Shown: positions 9,994 to 22,296, numbered from the stretch's first letter. The stretch: 64,000 bases of DNA from an uncultured Actinomycetota bacterium (GCA_963787635.1 CAWBDP010000009.1:397768-461767), one strand, 5' to 3'. The notes: generated from the letters alone by a model not told the origin. Numbers and translations: made by a program.

Positions 9994-11805
9994 CTATCCC
10001 CGTCCCGCCGCAAGGGGCGCCGAGTGAGAAATTGCCCGCCGTTCGCGTGCGACTTGCTGGATGGCGCCCAGGCCGTTGTAGGCCGGCTTGGCCAGCCTTG
10101 TCGACTTCGACGCCAGATACACCAGCGGCCACGTCACCAGGAACACCACGACCAGGTCGAGGACCGTGGTCAGGCCCAGGGTGAAGGCGAACCCCTTCAC
10201 TTGCCCGATCGCCAGGATGTACAGCACCGCGGCCGCCAGGAACGTCACCGCGTTGCCCGAGATGATCGTCTTGCGGGCCCGCGCCCAACCGCGCGGAACC
10301 GCCGATCTGAACGATCGACCTTCGCGGATCTCGTCTTTGATGCGTTCGAAGAACACCACGAACGAGTCGGCGGTGGTGCCGATACCGATGATCAGACCGG
10401 CGATACCGGCCAGATCCAGGGTGTAGTTGATATATCGGCCCAACAGCACCAGGATCGCGAACACCATCGAGCCCGAAGCCACCAGCGACAACGCCGTCAG
10501 CAAGCCCAGCACCCGGTAGTACAGCAACGAGTACACCAGGACGAGCGCCAGACCGATGGCGCCGGCGATCATGCCGGCCCGCAGCGATGTCAATCCCAGT
10601 GTCGCCGAGACGGTTTCGGCTGACGACGACTCGAACGACAGTGGCAGCGACCCGTATTTCAAGACGTTGGCCAGCTGGCGTGCGCTAGCCGCCGTAAACG
10701 GTGGATCGCCGCCGGTGATCTGGGTCCGCCCGCCGGGGATGGCTTCCCGGATATATGGTGCGCTGACGACTTGGGAGTCCAGGGTGAACGCCGTCTGGAT
10801 CCCGACGTGGGCGGCGGTGTAGTCAGCCCAAGTATTGGTCGCGGACCCCTTGAACTGCAGGTCGACGACATAGCCGCCGCTGTGCTGGTCCAGACCCGAG
10901 CTGGCGTTTTGGATCTCCTCGCCGCTGATGATCGAGGGCGCCAGCAGATAGGCGGCCTTTTTGTCGGTCGAGCAGGTGATCAGCGGCAGGCTGGGGTCGT
11001 CGTTGCCGGCCAGCACGTCTTCCTGGTCGCACCGGCTGGCCTGTAACTCCAGCGCGATGTATTGGATTTGCCTGTTGGTGCTCTGCCGCAGCCTCTTTTC
11101 TATCGCGATGCGCTCGGCCAGTTCCTTGCGTGGATCCGGCAGCTCAGGTACGTCCGCGGGCGGCGCATCTGCCGCTGGCGGAGGCTGCTGTCCCGGCGTC
11201 GGCGTGGGCGGGGGTGTCGGCTCCAACGGGTAGGGGCGGGGCTGCGCCGGGGGTCGGCCGCTGGCCGGCGGCGCGGTAGTGGGTTCGGCGCCCGGGGATT
11301 CCGTCGGCTCGGCGCCCTGGCCGCCCGCCGGCGGTTCTTCGGCCGGCCCGGGCGGGGCTCCTGGCGGCCGCTGGGGACGTCGTTGCGGCCGGGGCAGGCC
11401 CGCCCCTTCCGGCGGAGCGGCCTGCGCCGGCACCGCCTGGATCACCGGCCGGATGAAGAGCTTCGCCGTCTGACCCAGGCTTTTGGCGTCGTCGCCGTTG
11501 CTTCCCGGCACAGTTATGACCAGGTTGTCGCCGTCGATGATGACTTCCGAGCCGGAAACACCCAGCCCGTTGACCCGGTCGCTGATGATCTGCTGCGCGC
11601 GAGACAGGGCATCGCGGCTCGGGCTGGAACCATCCGGCGTCCGCGCGGTCAGGGTGACGCGGGTACCGCCCTGCAGGTCGATGCCGAGCTTGGGGGTGGC
11701 CCGCTTGTCCCCGGTCAGAAACACCAGCAGGTAGACGCCAATGAGCAGGGCCAGAAACACCGACAGATACCGGGCAGGGTGCACCGGCGCCGAAGGCGAT
11801 GCCAC
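9994..11805 (-). CDS. secD: Protein translocase subunit SecD
   Basis: [38 protein letters not shown]; six-TM layout with a Pro-rich periplasmic insert. Confidence 0.96.
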   Translation of the reverse strand: MASPSAPVHPARYLSVFLALLIGVYLLVFLTGDKRATPKLGIDLQGGTRVTLTARTPDGSSPSRDALSRAQQIISDRVNGLGVSGSEVIIDGDNLVITVPGSNGDDAKSLGQTAKLFIRPVIQAVPAQAAPPEGAGLPRPQRRPQRPPGAPPGPAEEPPAGGQGAEPTESPGAEPTTAPPASGRPPAQPRPYPLEPTPPPTPTPGQQPPPAADAPPADVPELPDPRKELAERIAIEKRLRQSTNRQIQYIALELQASRCDQEDVLAGNDDPSLPLITCSTDKKAAYLLAPSIISGEEIQNASSGLDQHSGGYVVDLQFKGSATNTWADYTAAHVGIQTAFTLDSQVVSAPYIREAIPGGRTQITGGDPPFTAASARQLANVLKYGSLPLSFESSSAETVSATLGLTSLRAGMIAGAIGLALVLVYSLLYYRVLGLLTALSLVASGSMVFAILVLLGRYINYTLDLAGIAGLIIGIGTTADSFVVFFERIKDEIREGRSFRSAVPRGWARARKTIISGNAVTFLAAAVLYILAIGQVKGFAFTLGLTTVLDLVVVFLVTWPLVYLASKSTRLAKPAYNGLGAIQQVARERRAISHSAPLAAGRG

Positions 11806-11875
11806 GTTGTTGAGTCTCCTCGCTTGCGGGTCAGTTCGACTGCACCGGGAAAGGGTACGTGCCGTGCGGCAGACC

Positions 11876-12256
11876 TCAGTCTTTGGGCAGTCGTTCCGGG
11901 CCGCCGGCGGTCAATCGGTCCGGGTCGGCGACGAGCCCGACGTCCTCGCCGTCGACCTCGTCGGCCACCTCCATCACCTCGGGCTGCAGGTCCGTGGTCT
12001 CGATGCGGTCCCGGATTGCCAGCTTCATCCAGGTGGTCACCACACCGGGCGCGATCTCGAGGTTCACGTTGTCGTCGGTGATGTTGGTGATGGTCCCCTC
12101 CAGGCCGGAGGTGGTATGCACCCGGTCGCCGATCCGCAGCGACTCGTGCAGGTCAATGGTGGCTTGCATGGCGCGCTTTTGTTTGCGCGCACTGAAAAAC
12201 ATGAGCGCCGCGAAGCCGACGAGGAGTGGCAAGAAGAGTAAGGATTGGCTAGTCAC
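11876..12256 (-). CDS. yajC: Preprotein translocase subunit YajC
   Basis: TM helix then [28 protein letters not shown]; upstream of secD; start GTG 12256 inferred. Confidence 0.92.
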   Translation of the reverse strand: MTSQSLLFLPLLVGFAALMFFSARKQKRAMQATIDLHESLRIGDRVHTTSGLEGTITNITDDNVNLEIAPGVVTTWMKLAIRDRIETTDLQPEVMEVADEVDGEDVGLVADPDRLTAGGPERLPKD

Positions 12257-12380
12257 GGGGGCAACGATCTTTCGTGTGGGTCTCGGGATTGGCACTGGAC
12301 CGGGCGGGCCGCCGGCCCGCATAACTCCCTAGTGTGCCATTCCGCCGCTCGGCACCCCTCGGCAACGTCGATCGCAGACC

Positions 12381-13556
12381 TTGACGGAGCAGTGCGACCA
12401 TGAGACAACGAGCGATGTGAGTCGCATCATCGATTCAGATCAGCACCTCTATGAGAGCCGTTGGCTGTGGGCCGAATACTGCGACCCGGATGTGCGCCAC
12501 GAGGCGATCACCCTCGTCGACGACGACCTCGGGTATACCTGGCTGACCTGGCGCGACGCTCGCCTCGGGTTGGCCGACGTCCACCTTCCCGGCGACACGG
12601 CCTCCTGCGGGGACCACCGCATGCGCCGACGGGCAGGTAAGCCGCCCTCCTACCGCTACGACGACGCGTTGCCCACTTCCTATTGGGAACCCGCCGCACG
12701 CCTGCGGTGGCTCGACGATGCCGATCTCGATGAGGCGGTCGTGTTCCCCAACTTCGGCCTGCTGTGGGAACGCCGGCTGTCGTCGTCGCTTTCGGCGATG
12801 ACCGCCAACATGACGGCATGGAACCGGTGGTGCGCAGCGGTGCAAGCCGAGGGCCGGGGACGACTGCATCCCGTCGCACACCTGACATTGCGCGACCGAA
12901 AGTGGCTGCAGGCCCAGCTGGATTCGCTTGCGGCGGCGGGTATCACGCTGGCAATGATCGGCGCCGGACCCGTGGACGGGCGGCAGCTTTCGCACCCTGA
13001 TCACGACCCGATTTGGTCCGCGTTTGTCGACCATGCCATTACACCGGTGTTCCACGTCGCCGATCAGGTGCGGGTCTTCGACGATTGCTGGTACGCCGAC
13101 GACCCGATGGACGATCTGGTGCCTGCCACCGAAGCGGTGTTTTTGTGGGTGCCTCCGGCGCTGGCGTTGACCGACCTGATCCTGCACGGCGTCTTCGACC
13201 GCCATCCCCGGCTGAACTTCGGCGTAGTAGAACTGAGCTCCGCCTGGGTGCCGCAATTTCTGCTGATGCTGGACGGCGCGTCGGATTTCACCACTCGCCT
13301 CAACGGAAAACCGGTGGCACAGCTGTCCCGGCGACCGAGCGAGTACTTCCTCGACCACGTTCGGGTGTCCTCCTTCTCCTATGAAGACCCCAAGCAGCTG
13401 GCCGAGATGTCCGGCGACGTGTTCATGTTCTGCAGCGACTATCCCCACTCCGAGGGCACCGCGACGCCGCTGGACGATTACCGGCGGATGGGCTGCGCGG
13501 AGCCCGAGATGCCCGGTCTCTTCCACAGCAACATCGACTTGCTGCTGCATCGGTAG
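12381..13556 (+). CDS. Amidohydrolase_2 family metal-dependent hydrolase/decarboxylase
   Basis: IIDSDQHLYE, PVFHV and FCSDYPHSEG motifs; start may be GTG 12417. Confidence 0.82.
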   Translation: MTEQCDHETTSDVSRIIDSDQHLYESRWLWAEYCDPDVRHEAITLVDDDLGYTWLTWRDARLGLADVHLPGDTASCGDHRMRRRAGKPPSYRYDDALPTSYWEPAARLRWLDDADLDEAVVFPNFGLLWERRLSSSLSAMTANMTAWNRWCAAVQAEGRGRLHPVAHLTLRDRKWLQAQLDSLAAAGITLAMIGAGPVDGRQLSHPDHDPIWSAFVDHAITPVFHVADQVRVFDDCWYADDPMDDLVPATEAVFLWVPPALALTDLILHGVFDRHPRLNFGVVELSSAWVPQFLLMLDGASDFTTRLNGKPVAQLSRRPSEYFLDHVRVSSFSYEDPKQLAEMSGDVFMFCSDYPHSEGTATPLDDYRRMGCAEPEMPGLFHSNIDLLLHR

Positions 13557-13688
13557 CCTGCTGAATTGCGGCGCCGGTCAGTGGTGGAGACCCGACGGCC
13601 AACGTGTGCCGGCCGGTGATACGCCGGGCGACTAGCGCCCGTTGTCACGTTCGGTGTCTAGCCGATCTCCGGAGGTTAGGCTACCGGG

Positions 13689-15028
13689 GTGCCCCCTCTC
13701 GAACAGAGTCGCCACCTTGCCACCGAAATCCCCGGTCCGGCGTCACTGGAGTTGACCAAACGCCGAACGGCCGCGGTGGCCACCGGCGTGCGCAGCGCCA
13801 TTCCGGTGTATGCCGCGCGCGCCGGCGGCGGCATCGTCGAAGACGTCGACGGTAACCGCCTCATCGACCTGGGTTCTGGCATCGCGGTGACCACGATCGG
13901 CGTCTCCGCGCCGCGCGTCGTCGACGCGGTGCGCGAGCAGGTCGCTGAGTTTACCCATACCTGCTTCATGACCACGCCGTACGAGACCTACGTCGCCGTC
14001 GCCGAACAGCTCAACCGGATCACCCCAGGCTCCGGGGAAAAGCGCTCGGCGCTGTTCAACTCGGGCTCGGAGGCGGTGGAAAACTCCATCAAGATCGCCC
14101 GCAGCTACACCCGCAAGAGCGCGGTGGTCGCTTTCGACCACGCTTACCACGGGCGGACCAACCTGACGCTGGCGTTGACCGCCCAGTCCATGCCCTACAA
14201 GAGCGGCTTCGGGCCGTTCGCGCCGGAGATCTACCGCGCCCCGCTGTCCTACCCGTTCCGCGACGGTCTGCTCGACAAAGAGCTGGCCACCAACGGCGAG
14301 CTGGCCGCCCAGCGCGCCATCGACGTCATCGCCAAGCAGGTCGGCGCGGACAACCTGGCCGCCATCGTGATCGAGCCGATCCAAGGTGAAGGCGGCTTCA
14401 TCGTGCCCGCGCCGGGGTTCCTCCCGAAGCTGTTGAGGTGGTGCCGCGACAACGAGGTGGTGTTCATCGCCGACGAGATCCAGAGCGGATTCGCCCGTAC
14501 CGGCGCGATGTTCGCGTGCGAGCACGAGGAAATCGAGCCCGACTTGATCTGCATCGCCAAGGGCATCGCCGACGGCCTGCCGCTGTCGGCGGTGACGGCA
14601 GCGCCGAGATCATGGACACCCCGCGGGCCGGCGGACTGGGTGGCACCTACGGCGGAAACCCGCTGGCGTGTGCGGCCGCACTGGCCACCATCGCGACCAT
14701 CGAGGACGACGGGCTCATCGAGCGCGCGCAGCACATCGAAAAGCTGATGAAGGACCGTCTGGGCCGGTTGCAAGCCGACGACGACCGGATCGGCGACGTC
14801 CGCGGCCGGGGCGCCATGATCGCGATGGAACTGGTGTGTCCGGGTGGCGCCGACCCCGACGCGGAGCTGACGAAGGCGCTTGCCGCGGCCTGCCACGCCG
14901 CCGGGGTCATCATCTTGACCGCGGGCACGTTCGGCAACGTCGTGCGTTTCCTGCCGCCCCTGACCATCAGCGATGAGCTGCTCACTGAAGCACTGGACAT
15001 ACTTTCGGACAAGCTCGCGGATCTCTAG
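13689..15028 (+). CDS. gabT: 4-aminobutyrate aminotransferase (1-bp frameshift near 14597)
   Basis: Class III PLP motifs FNSGSEAVENS, YHGRT, EPIQGEGGF, DEIQSGF, AKGIADG. C-terminus continues in ORF 14438..15028 (GGTYGGNP); gtgacggcagc is one G short. Confidence 0.92.
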
Positions 15029-15229
15029 ACGTCGTTTTCTGCGCCGAGTGGCCAGTTATGACACGCTTCCCGCGATTTCATGTGCGATAAGTGGCCACCC
15101 GCCGTGGGTTTCCTCACAGCAGCCGCACGCCTCTTTCCGGAATAACTTTAGCTTTGCTAACGTAGTTTCTGGTAGGTGCACCGTCGCACCGGATCAAAAT
15201 TTTCCCAGTAATTGTTTCGAGGTTCTGTT

Positions 15230-18200
15230 ATGTCGATTGATATCCAGTTTGATGCCCAAGAGCAGCAGAAACGTCGTGCCGCGGAGTTGACCGCCAACGA
15301 CCCGCAGTTCGCCGCCGCCCGGCCGAGTGAAGCCGTGAGCGCGGCGATCCAGCAGGCCGGACCGCGATTCGCACACGTCGTTCACGCCGCGCTGACGGGT
15401 TACGCCGACCGGCCCGCGTTGGCCCAACGCGCCTACGAGCTGGTCAAGGACCGGCAGACCGGGCGCACGTCCGCCGAGCTGCGGCCCTGGTTCGACACCA
15501 TCACCTACGGCGAGCTGGCCAAGCGGGTCGACGCGTTGTCACGAGCGCTGCCCGACGCCGGCGTGACGCCCGGTGACCGAGTCTGCGTGCTGGGCTTCAC
15601 CAGCGTTGATTACACGACCTTTGACATCGCGCTCGGCCTGGCGGGCGCGGTGTCGGTTCCGCTGCAGACCAGCGGGGCGATCACGCAGTTGCAGCCGATC
15701 GTGACCGAGACTGAGCCCACCCTGTTCGCGGCCGGCGTCGACTACCTTTCCGACGCCGTCGACCTGCTCCTCGCCGCCTCGCAAGCCGGTCACACACCGG
15801 GACGGCTGATGGTGTTCGACTACCGCAGCGAGATCGACGACAACCGGGCGGCGCTGCAAAGCGCCCACGAGCGGCTGGCCGATCTCGGGATTGCCGTCGA
15901 CACTCTCAACGAGGTCCGTGAGCGTGGCGCAGCGCTGCCGGCGCCCGTCGTCGAGTCCGACGCCCAGGACCCCCTGGCGCTGCTGATCTATACCTCCGGC
16001 AGCACCGGCGCGCCCAAGGGCGCGATGTACCCGCAAAGCAACGTCGCAAAGATGTGGAATCGCTCGACCAAGAACTGGTTCGGGCCAAGCGCGGCGTCGA
16101 TCACTGTCAACTTCATGCCGATGAGCCACATCATGGGCCGCGGCATCCTCTACGGCACCCTCGGCAATGGCGGGACCGCCTACTTCGCCGCCAAGAGCGA
16201 CATGTCCACTCTGCTGGAGGACCTCAGGCTGGTGCGGCCCACCGAGCTGAACTTCGTGCCGCGGATCTGGGAGATGCTGCACGGCGAATACCTCAGCGAG
16301 GTGGACCGGCGTACAGCCGAGGGTGTCGATCGGGAGCGGGCCGAGTCTCAAGTGCTGGCCGATGTGCGCCAAGAGCTGCTGGGCGGTCGCTTCATCTTCG
16401 CGATGACCGGCTCGGCGCCTACCTCTCCTGAGTTGAAGACCTGGGTCGAGTCTCTGCTGCAGATGCACCTGCTGGACGGGTACGGCTCCACCGAGGCCGG
16501 CATGGTGCTGTTCGACGGCCAGGTGCAGCGCCCGCCCGTCATCGACTACAAGCTCATCGACGTCCCTGACCTGGGCTACTTCCACACCGACCGGCCCTAC
16601 CCGCGCGGTGAGCTGCTGCTCAAGACCGAAAACATGTTCCCCGGCTACTACAAGCGGCCCGAGACCACAGGCAACGTGTTCGACGAGGACGGCTACTACC
16701 GGACCGGCGACGTCGTCGCCGAGGTCGCTCCCGACCAGCTGGTCTACGTCGACCGCCGCAACAACGTGCTCAAGCTGGCGCAGGGCGAGTTCGTCACGGT
16801 CGCCAAACTGGAGGCGGTGTTCGGCAACAGCCCGCTGGTTCGCCAGATCTACGTCTACGGCAACAGCGCCCACCCGTTTCTGCTGGCGGTCGTGGTGCCG
16901 ACGGACGTGAACACGTCGAAGTCAGCGATCGCCGAGTCGCTACAGAAGGTCGCGAAAGGGGCCGGTCTGCAGTCCTACGAAGTGCCGCGCGACTTCATCG
17001 TCGAGACGACGCCGTTCACCCTGGAGAACGGGCTGCTGACCGGCATCCGCAAGCTGGCCTGGCCCAAGCTGAAGGCACACTACGGCGAGCGCTTGGAGCA
17101 GCTCTACGCCGACTTGGCGGATGGGCAGGCCAACGAGCTGACCGAACTACGTCGCAACGGCGCCGACGCGCCGGTGTTGGACACCGTCAGCCGGGCCGCC
17201 GCAGCGATGCTGGGTGCGGCGAGGTCGGACCTGACACCCGACGCCCACTTCACCGATCTGGGCGGAGACTCGTTGTCGGCGTTGACATTCGGCAACCTGC
17301 TGCGCGAGATCTTCGACGTCGACGTGCCGGTGGGTGTCATCGTCAGCCCGGCCAGCGACCTGCAGGCCATCGCCGACTACATCGATGCCGAGCGGAAGGG
17401 CACTAAGCGGCCCACGTGCGCCTCCGTGCACGGCCGTGACGCGGTCGAGGTGCACGCCGGCGACCTGACGCTGGACAAGTTCCTCGACGCCGCGACGCTA
17501 GCCGCCGCGCCCGAGCTGCCGAGGCCCGCCTCCGAGGTGCGCACCGTCCTGCTGACCGGCGCCACCGGCTTCCTAGGCCGCTACCTGGCCCTGGACTGGC
17601 TGGAACGAATGGCGCTGGTCGACGGCAAGGTGATCGCCTTGGTGCGGGCCAAGTCGGATGACGCCGCACGTGCGCGTCTCGACAAGACGTTCGGCGGTGG
17701 CGAGATTCAAGGCGATCCCAAGCTGCTTGCGCATTACCGCGAGCTGGCCGCCGAGCACCTGGAGGTCATCGCCGGCGACAAGGGTGAGGCCAACCTCGGC
17801 CTGGACCCGCAGACCTGGCAGCGGCTGGCCGACACCGTCGACCTGATCGTCGATCCCGCGGCGCTGGTCAACCACGTGCTGCCGTACAGCGAGCTGTTCG
17901 GCCCCAACGCGCTGGGCACCGCCGAGCTGATCCGCATCGCGCTCACCACCAAGATCAAGCCCTACACCTACGTGTCGACGATCGGTGTGGGCGACCAGAT
18001 CAAGCCGGGCACGTTCGTCGAGGATGCCGACGTCCGGGTGATGAGTTCGACTCGCAAGATCAACGACGGCTACGCCAACGGCTACGGCAACAGCAAGTGG
18101 GCCGGCGAGGTGCTGCTGCGCGAGGCGCATGACCTGTGCGGGCTGCCGGTCGCGGTGTTCCGATGCGACATGATCCTGGCCGACACCACCTATGCGGGCC

Positions 18201-18751
18201 AGCTGAACCTGCCGGACATGTTCACCCGGCTGATGCTGAGCCTGGTGGCCACCGGCGTGGCACCGGCGTCGTTCTACGAGCTGGACAGCTCGACTGGTAA
18301 AGGCAACCGGCCGCGTGCGCACTACGACGGGCTTCCGGTGGAGTTTATCGCCCAGGCGATCTCCACCCTGGGTGCGCAGGTGGTCGACGGGTACCAGACC
18401 TATCACGTGATGAACCCGTACGACGACGGCGTCGGCCTCGACGAGTACGTCGACTGGCTGATCGACGCCGGATACTCGATCCAGCGGGTCGGCGACTACG
18501 CCACCTGGCTGCAGCGGTTCGAGACCACGCTGCGGGCCCTGCCGGAGCGGCAGCGCCAGTACTCGCTGCTGCCGCTGATCCACAACTACCAAAAGCCGGA
18601 AAAGCCGATCAACGGCTCGATGGCACCCACCGACCGGTTCCGCGCGGCGGTGCAGGAGGCGAAAATCGGTCCGGACAAAGACATTCCGCATGTCACGCCG
18701 GACGTGATCGTCAAGTACATCACCGATCTGCAGTTGCTCGGATTGCTCTGA
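15230..18751 (+). CDS. car: Carboxylic acid reductase (A-T-R domains; FadD9/Rv2590 family)
   Basis: [17 protein letters not shown], phosphopantetheine site [29 protein letters not shown]. Confidence 0.95.
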   Translation: MSIDIQFDAQEQQKRRAAELTANDPQFAAARPSEAVSAAIQQAGPRFAHVVHAALTGYADRPALAQRAYELVKDRQTGRTSAELRPWFDTITYGELAKRVDALSRALPDAGVTPGDRVCVLGFTSVDYTTFDIALGLAGAVSVPLQTSGAITQLQPIVTETEPTLFAAGVDYLSDAVDLLLAASQAGHTPGRLMVFDYRSEIDDNRAALQSAHERLADLGIAVDTLNEVRERGAALPAPVVESDAQDPLALLIYTSGSTGAPKGAMYPQSNVAKMWNRSTKNWFGPSAASITVNFMPMSHIMGRGILYGTLGNGGTAYFAAKSDMSTLLEDLRLVRPTELNFVPRIWEMLHGEYLSEVDRRTAEGVDRERAESQVLADVRQELLGGRFIFAMTGSAPTSPELKTWVESLLQMHLLDGYGSTEAGMVLFDGQVQRPPVIDYKLIDVPDLGYFHTDRPYPRGELLLKTENMFPGYYKRPETTGNVFDEDGYYRTGDVVAEVAPDQLVYVDRRNNVLKLAQGEFVTVAKLEAVFGNSPLVRQIYVYGNSAHPFLLAVVVPTDVNTSKSAIAESLQKVAKGAGLQSYEVPRDFIVETTPFTLENGLLTGIRKLAWPKLKAHYGERLEQLYADLADGQANELTELRRNGADAPVLDTVSRAAAAMLGAARSDLTPDAHFTDLGGDSLSALTFGNLLREIFDVDVPVGVIVSPASDLQAIADYIDAERKGTKRPTCASVHGRDAVEVHAGDLTLDKFLDAATLAAAPELPRPASEVRTVLLTGATGFLGRYLALDWLERMALVDGKVIALVRAKSDDAARARLDKTFGGGEIQGDPKLLAHYRELAAEHLEVIAGDKGEANLGLDPQTWQRLADTVDLIVDPAALVNHVLPYSELFGPNALGTAELIRIALTTKIKPYTYVSTIGVGDQIKPGTFVEDADVRVMSSTRKINDGYANGYGNSKWAGEVLLREAHDLCGLPVAVFRCDMILADTTYAGQLNLPDMFTRLMLSLVATGVAPASFYELDSSTGKGNRPRAHYDGLPVEFIAQAISTLGAQVVDGYQTYHVMNPYDDGVGLDEYVDWLIDAGYSIQRVGDYATWLQRFETTLRALPERQRQYSLLPLIHNYQKPEKPINGSMAPTDRFRAAVQEAKIGPDKDIPHVTPDVIVKYITDLQLLGLL

Positions 18752-18759
18752 GAGCGGGC

Positions 18760-18799
18760 AAAGCCGGTCGTCGACAATGAAGTCGGCGACCGGCTTTTT
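18760..18799 (+). terminator. Intrinsic terminator after car, possibly bidirectional
   Basis: 16-bp stem aaagccggtcgtcgac / gtcggcgaccggcttt (one G-U), 6-nt loop, T-run; between convergent genes. Confidence 0.8.
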
Positions 18800-18811
18800 C
18801 GTGGTTGTCGG

Positions 18812-19480
18812 CTAGCTCGCGGACGTGCCGGCCCGGGGCCGACGATGGAACAGGCCATGCCGGTGGTGCTCTTCGGGAGCAGCGGCTTGCTGGGAGCGGA
18901 CCTGGGTCGGCGCGTCGGGCGAGACCGGCGGCTCCGACTCGGGCGCGGGAGGCGGCGTCGTTTCGCGGGCCGGTGGCAAGTCTGCTGCTGGCGGGACGAC
19001 CTCCACGTCGCGCGCGAACCGCACCGCCAGCCGCGCCAAGACCGCTCCGCCCAGGAACACCATGAGCGCGCCCAGCCCGGAGAAGTAGCAGACGTCGACG
19101 ACGGCCCGCTTGACGTCGGTGACGCCGATCGGCTGACCCGCATCGCCGATCCGCAACGCCGGCGCGAACGCGCGGCCGACGACGAGCCAGGCACCGGCGG
19201 CAGTCGCCAGCCAGCCGCCCAACATGGCAGGGGCGCGGTTTCCTGACGCCATCAACAACAGCCCGCCGACGACGGCGGTGACTCCGGGAAACACCTCCAG
19301 CCAGCCGCGTGCCGAGGTCCACACCCATGCGGAGTCGGGCGTGAAAGCGAAATTGAAATACGGCCCGACGAACGGAATCAACGCTCCCCAGATCCCGAGG
19401 CCGATCAGCAGCAGTCCGCTGACTGCGCCGCGGCTGCGCGGCATTCGTAGGCTGCCGTAGCCTCTCCGCGAATCCTTCAT
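18812..19480 (-). CDS. Conserved actinobacterial membrane protein (4 TM, Pro-rich tail)
   Basis: MPRSRGAVSGLLLIGLGIWGALIPFVGPYF; hydrophobic segments; ATG 19480 with a GGAG upstream. Confidence 0.75.
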   Translation of the reverse strand: MKDSRRGYGSLRMPRSRGAVSGLLLIGLGIWGALIPFVGPYFNFAFTPDSAWVWTSARGWLEVFPGVTAVVGGLLLMASGNRAPAMLGGWLATAAGAWLVVGRAFAPALRIGDAGQPIGVTDVKRAVVDVCYFSGLGALMVFLGGAVLARLAVRFARDVEVVPPAADLPPARETTPPPAPESEPPVSPDAPTQVRSQQAAAPEEHHRHGLFHRRPRAGTSAS

Positions 19481-19521
19481 TCCCACGTCTCCTTCGAACA
19501 GTGGACGAAAGTACGAGAGGA

Positions 19522-19547
19522 ATACCCACACCGGGCCTGAAATAACC
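19522..19547 (-). promoter_or_regulatory. Candidate SigF-type promoter (GGTTA-N15-GGGTAT)
   Basis: Minus strand reads ggttatttcaggcccggtgtgggtat about 40 bp upstream of the ATG. Confidence 0.4.
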
Positions 19548-19572
19548 GGCCCGGCGGCTGCGAGCTGGACTT

Positions 19573-19965
19573 TTAGGTCGTCACGAGCGCGATGACGACC
19601 AGCACGACGGCGATCGCCGGAAACAGTCCCTGTGTCAACGCGGCCCGGGCTTTGTCCCGCGCCGACGCCACCAGCACCACCGCGGCGGACGCCATAGAGC
19701 CGACGCCGGTGAGCACGAGGGTGACTCCGACAGCGTGGTGCCCGAAGGCGACCGCGAGGATTCCGACGCCCGTCGCGATCGCCAGGAACAGGTTGTAGAA
19801 GCCTTGGTTGAACGCGAGCAGCTTGGTGGTTTCAGCTTCTTCGGGCGTGGTGCCGAACGCCGCGCGGGTGCGCGGCGAGGTCCAGGTCAGCGACTCCATC
19901 GTGAAGATGTAGACGTGCAACAGCGCGGCCAGCGCGGCGAATACCAAACCGGCAGTGAGCATCAC
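19573..19965 (-). CDS. DUF1304 family membrane protein
   Basis: LHVYIFTMES..W and AFNQGFYNLFLA motifs. Confidence 0.85.
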   Translation of the reverse strand: MMLTAGLVFAALAALLHVYIFTMESLTWTSPRTRAAFGTTPEEAETTKLLAFNQGFYNLFLAIATGVGILAVAFGHHAVGVTLVLTGVGSMASAAVVLVASARDKARAALTQGLFPAIAVVLVVIALVTT

Positions 19966-19971
19966 GTTCTC

Positions 19972-20082
19972 CTATCCCTGATAGCGGCGACCCGCTTCGC
20001 CCGGCTTTGCCGCCCTCGCGATCACGCTCTGATGTTGGTGGTGACCCGCTTCGCCCGGCTTTGCCGCCCTCGCGATCACCAC
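19972..20082 (-). repeat. MIRU-like tandem repeat (2 identical 37-bp cores, 54-bp period) forming a 36-codon coupling minigene
   Basis: gacccgcttcgcccggctttgccgccctcgcgatcac at 19989-20025 and 20043-20079. GTG overlaps the ruvB TAG; the minigene TAG overlaps the AGGAG RBS of the DUF1304 gene. Confidence 0.8.
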
Positions 20083-21143
20083 TAGTCGAACAGGCCCGGT
20101 TGGCCGAACCCGGTCACCCCGGCCGGTGGCGTCATCCCCAGGTGGGACCAGGCCTGCACGGTGGCGACCCGGCCGCGCGGGGTGCGCGCAATCATCCCGG
20201 CCCGCACCAGAAACGGCTCGCATACCTCCTCGACGGTGGTGGCCTCCTCCCCGACCGCGACGGCCAGCGTCGACACCCCCACCGGGCCACCGCCGAAGCT
20301 GCGGGTCAGCGCAGTCAGCACAGCTCGGTCCAGCCGGTCCAGGCCGAGTTCGTCGACGTCGTAGACCTCCAGCGCCGACTTGGCGACATCGCGGGTTATG
20401 ACGCCGTCGGCGCGCACCTCGGCGTAGTCACGGACCCGGCGCAGCAGCCGGTTGGCGATGCGCGGCGTGCCCCGCGACCGTCGGGCGATCTCCGCACCGG
20501 CATCAGCCTCGAGTTCGATCCCCAGAATTCCGGCCGAGCGGCTCAGCACTCGCTCCAGTTCGGCGGGCTCGTAGAAATCCATGTGCGCGGTGAAGCCGAA
20601 CCGGTCGCGCAGCGGGCCGGTCAGCGCACCGGACCGGGTGGTCGCGCCGACCAGCGTGAACGGTGCCACCTCCAGCGGAATCGACGTCGCCCCAGGGCCT
20701 TTCCCGACCACCACGTCGACGCGGAAGTCCTCCATCGCCAGGTAGAGCATCTCCTCGGCCGGCCGGGCGATGCGGTGAATCTCGTCGATGAACAATACGT
20801 CGTGCTCGACCAGGTTGGACAGCATCGCGGCCAAGTCGCCGGCGCGTTCCAGCGCCGGACCGGAGGTGAGTCGCAGCGACGAGCCGAGCTCGGCGGCGAT
20901 GATCATCGCCAGTGACGTCTTGCCCAGGCCCGGTGGGCCAGAGAGCAGGATGTGATCCGGTGTGCCACCGCGGTTTTTGGCTCCTTCGATGACCAGCTGC
21001 AGCTGTTCGCGCACCCGCGGCTGGCCGATGAACTCCCGCAACGAGCGAGGCCGCAGACCGGCGTCGACGTCGCCCTCACCGACCGTCAACGCAGCGGAAA
21101 CTTCCCGCTCTTCGACGGCCCCGTCATCGTCGGCGGGGGTCAC
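20082..21143 (-). CDS. ruvB: Holliday junction branch migration helicase RuvB
   Basis: [12 protein letters not shown], Walker [30 protein letters not shown]. Confidence 0.98.
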   Translation of the reverse strand: MTPADDDGAVEEREVSAALTVGEGDVDAGLRPRSLREFIGQPRVREQLQLVIEGAKNRGGTPDHILLSGPPGLGKTSLAMIIAAELGSSLRLTSGPALERAGDLAAMLSNLVEHDVLFIDEIHRIARPAEEMLYLAMEDFRVDVVVGKGPGATSIPLEVAPFTLVGATTRSGALTGPLRDRFGFTAHMDFYEPAELERVLSRSAGILGIELEADAGAEIARRSRGTPRIANRLLRRVRDYAEVRADGVITRDVAKSALEVYDVDELGLDRLDRAVLTALTRSFGGGPVGVSTLAVAVGEEATTVEEVCEPFLVRAGMIARTPRGRVATVQAWSHLGMTPPAGVTGFGQPGLFD

Positions 21144-21727
21144 TTCTTACCCAACATCGACAGCGCTGCCCGCAGCGCACTCGACGTGCTGGCCTGCCCG
21201 TCCCCGGCCAATACTTTGTCGGTGGCTTCCTCGGCCTGCTTGACCGCAAACCCAAGTCCAACAAGGGCTTCCACCACCGGATCGCGCACGGCGTGGCCAT
21301 TGACCGAGCGGCCCGGCGACGCCGCGACCGCTCCGACCTTGTCGCGCAGTTCCAGCACCAACCGTTCGGCACCGCGCTTGCCGATACCGGGCACCCGGGT
21401 CAACGCGCTGACGTCGCCGTCGCCGAGTGCCTGGCGCAGCGCGGGCGCGTCGTAAACGGCCAGGGTGGCCAGCGCGATCTTCGGACCGACCCCCGAGACC
21501 CCCAACAGCGTCAGGAACAGGTCGCGGGCCTCGCCGTCGGGAAACCCGTACAGCGTCATCGAATCCTCGCGCACGATCATCGCAGTGATGAGCCGGGCCT
21601 CGCTGCCCCGCCGCAGCGTCGCCAGGGTGGACGGTGTGGCCATCACCTTGTAGCCCACACCGGCGGCTTCGATGACGACATGGTCCAGCGCGACGTCAAG
21701 CACCTCGCCGCGCACCGAGGCGATCAC
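21140..21727 (-). CDS. ruvA: Holliday junction binding protein RuvA
   Basis: [38 protein letters not shown]. Confidence 0.97.
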   Translation of the reverse strand: MIASVRGEVLDVALDHVVIEAAGVGYKVMATPSTLATLRRGSEARLITAMIVREDSMTLYGFPDGEARDLFLTLLGVSGVGPKIALATLAVYDAPALRQALGDGDVSALTRVPGIGKRGAERLVLELRDKVGAVAASPGRSVNGHAVRDPVVEALVGLGFAVKQAEEATDKVLAGDGQASTSSALRAALSMLGKK

Positions 21728-22278
21728 GTCGCGGCCCTGACTTTGGCGGCAAACTGCCTGCGTTGCTCGGCGGCTTTGGCCTCCGCGGCGGCCATCCGGG
21801 CGATCATCGGGGCCCGCCAGCAGTGACAGATCGCCAGCGCCAGTGCGTCTGCGGCGTCAGCGGGCGTCGGTTTAGCTTGCAGTCCAAGGATTTTGGTGAC
21901 CATCGCGGTGACCTGAGCTTTGTCGGCGGCGCCGTTGCCGGTGACGGCGGCCTTGACCTCGCTGGGCGTGTGGAAGTGCACGTCGATCTCGCGGCGGGCC
22001 GCCGCCACTGCGACGACGCCGCTGGCCTGCGCGGTGCCCATCACCGTCGACACGTTGTGCTGGGAGAACACCCGCTCGATGGCGAGGACGTCGGGCAGGT
22101 GGGTGTCCAACCAGTGCTCGACGGTATCGCTGATCGTGAGCAGCCTTTTCGGCAGCGGCTCGTCGGCGGGTGTGCGGACCACATCGACGTCCAGCGCGAT
22201 GATCTGACGACCGCTTCCGTTCTCCACCACCGACAGCCCACAGCGGGTCAGACCCGGGTCGACGCCCATCACACGCAC
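21724..22278 (-). CDS. ruvC: Holliday junction resolvase RuvC
   Basis: [29 protein letters not shown]; start GTG 22278. Confidence 0.96.
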   Translation of the reverse strand: MRVMGVDPGLTRCGLSVVENGSGRQIIALDVDVVRTPADEPLPKRLLTISDTVEHWLDTHLPDVLAIERVFSQHNVSTVMGTAQASGVVAVAAARREIDVHFHTPSEVKAAVTGNGAADKAQVTAMVTKILGLQAKPTPADAADALALAICHCWRAPMIARMAAAEAKAAEQRRQFAAKVRAAT

Positions 22279-22296
22279 TGCCACGCCCTCTCGATG

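Noticed and set aside
15030-15229. AT-rich car upstream region as an sRNA or riboswitch
   Set aside because: Only a short TTAGC-TTT-GCTAA palindrome was seen; consistent with an ordinary promoter region.
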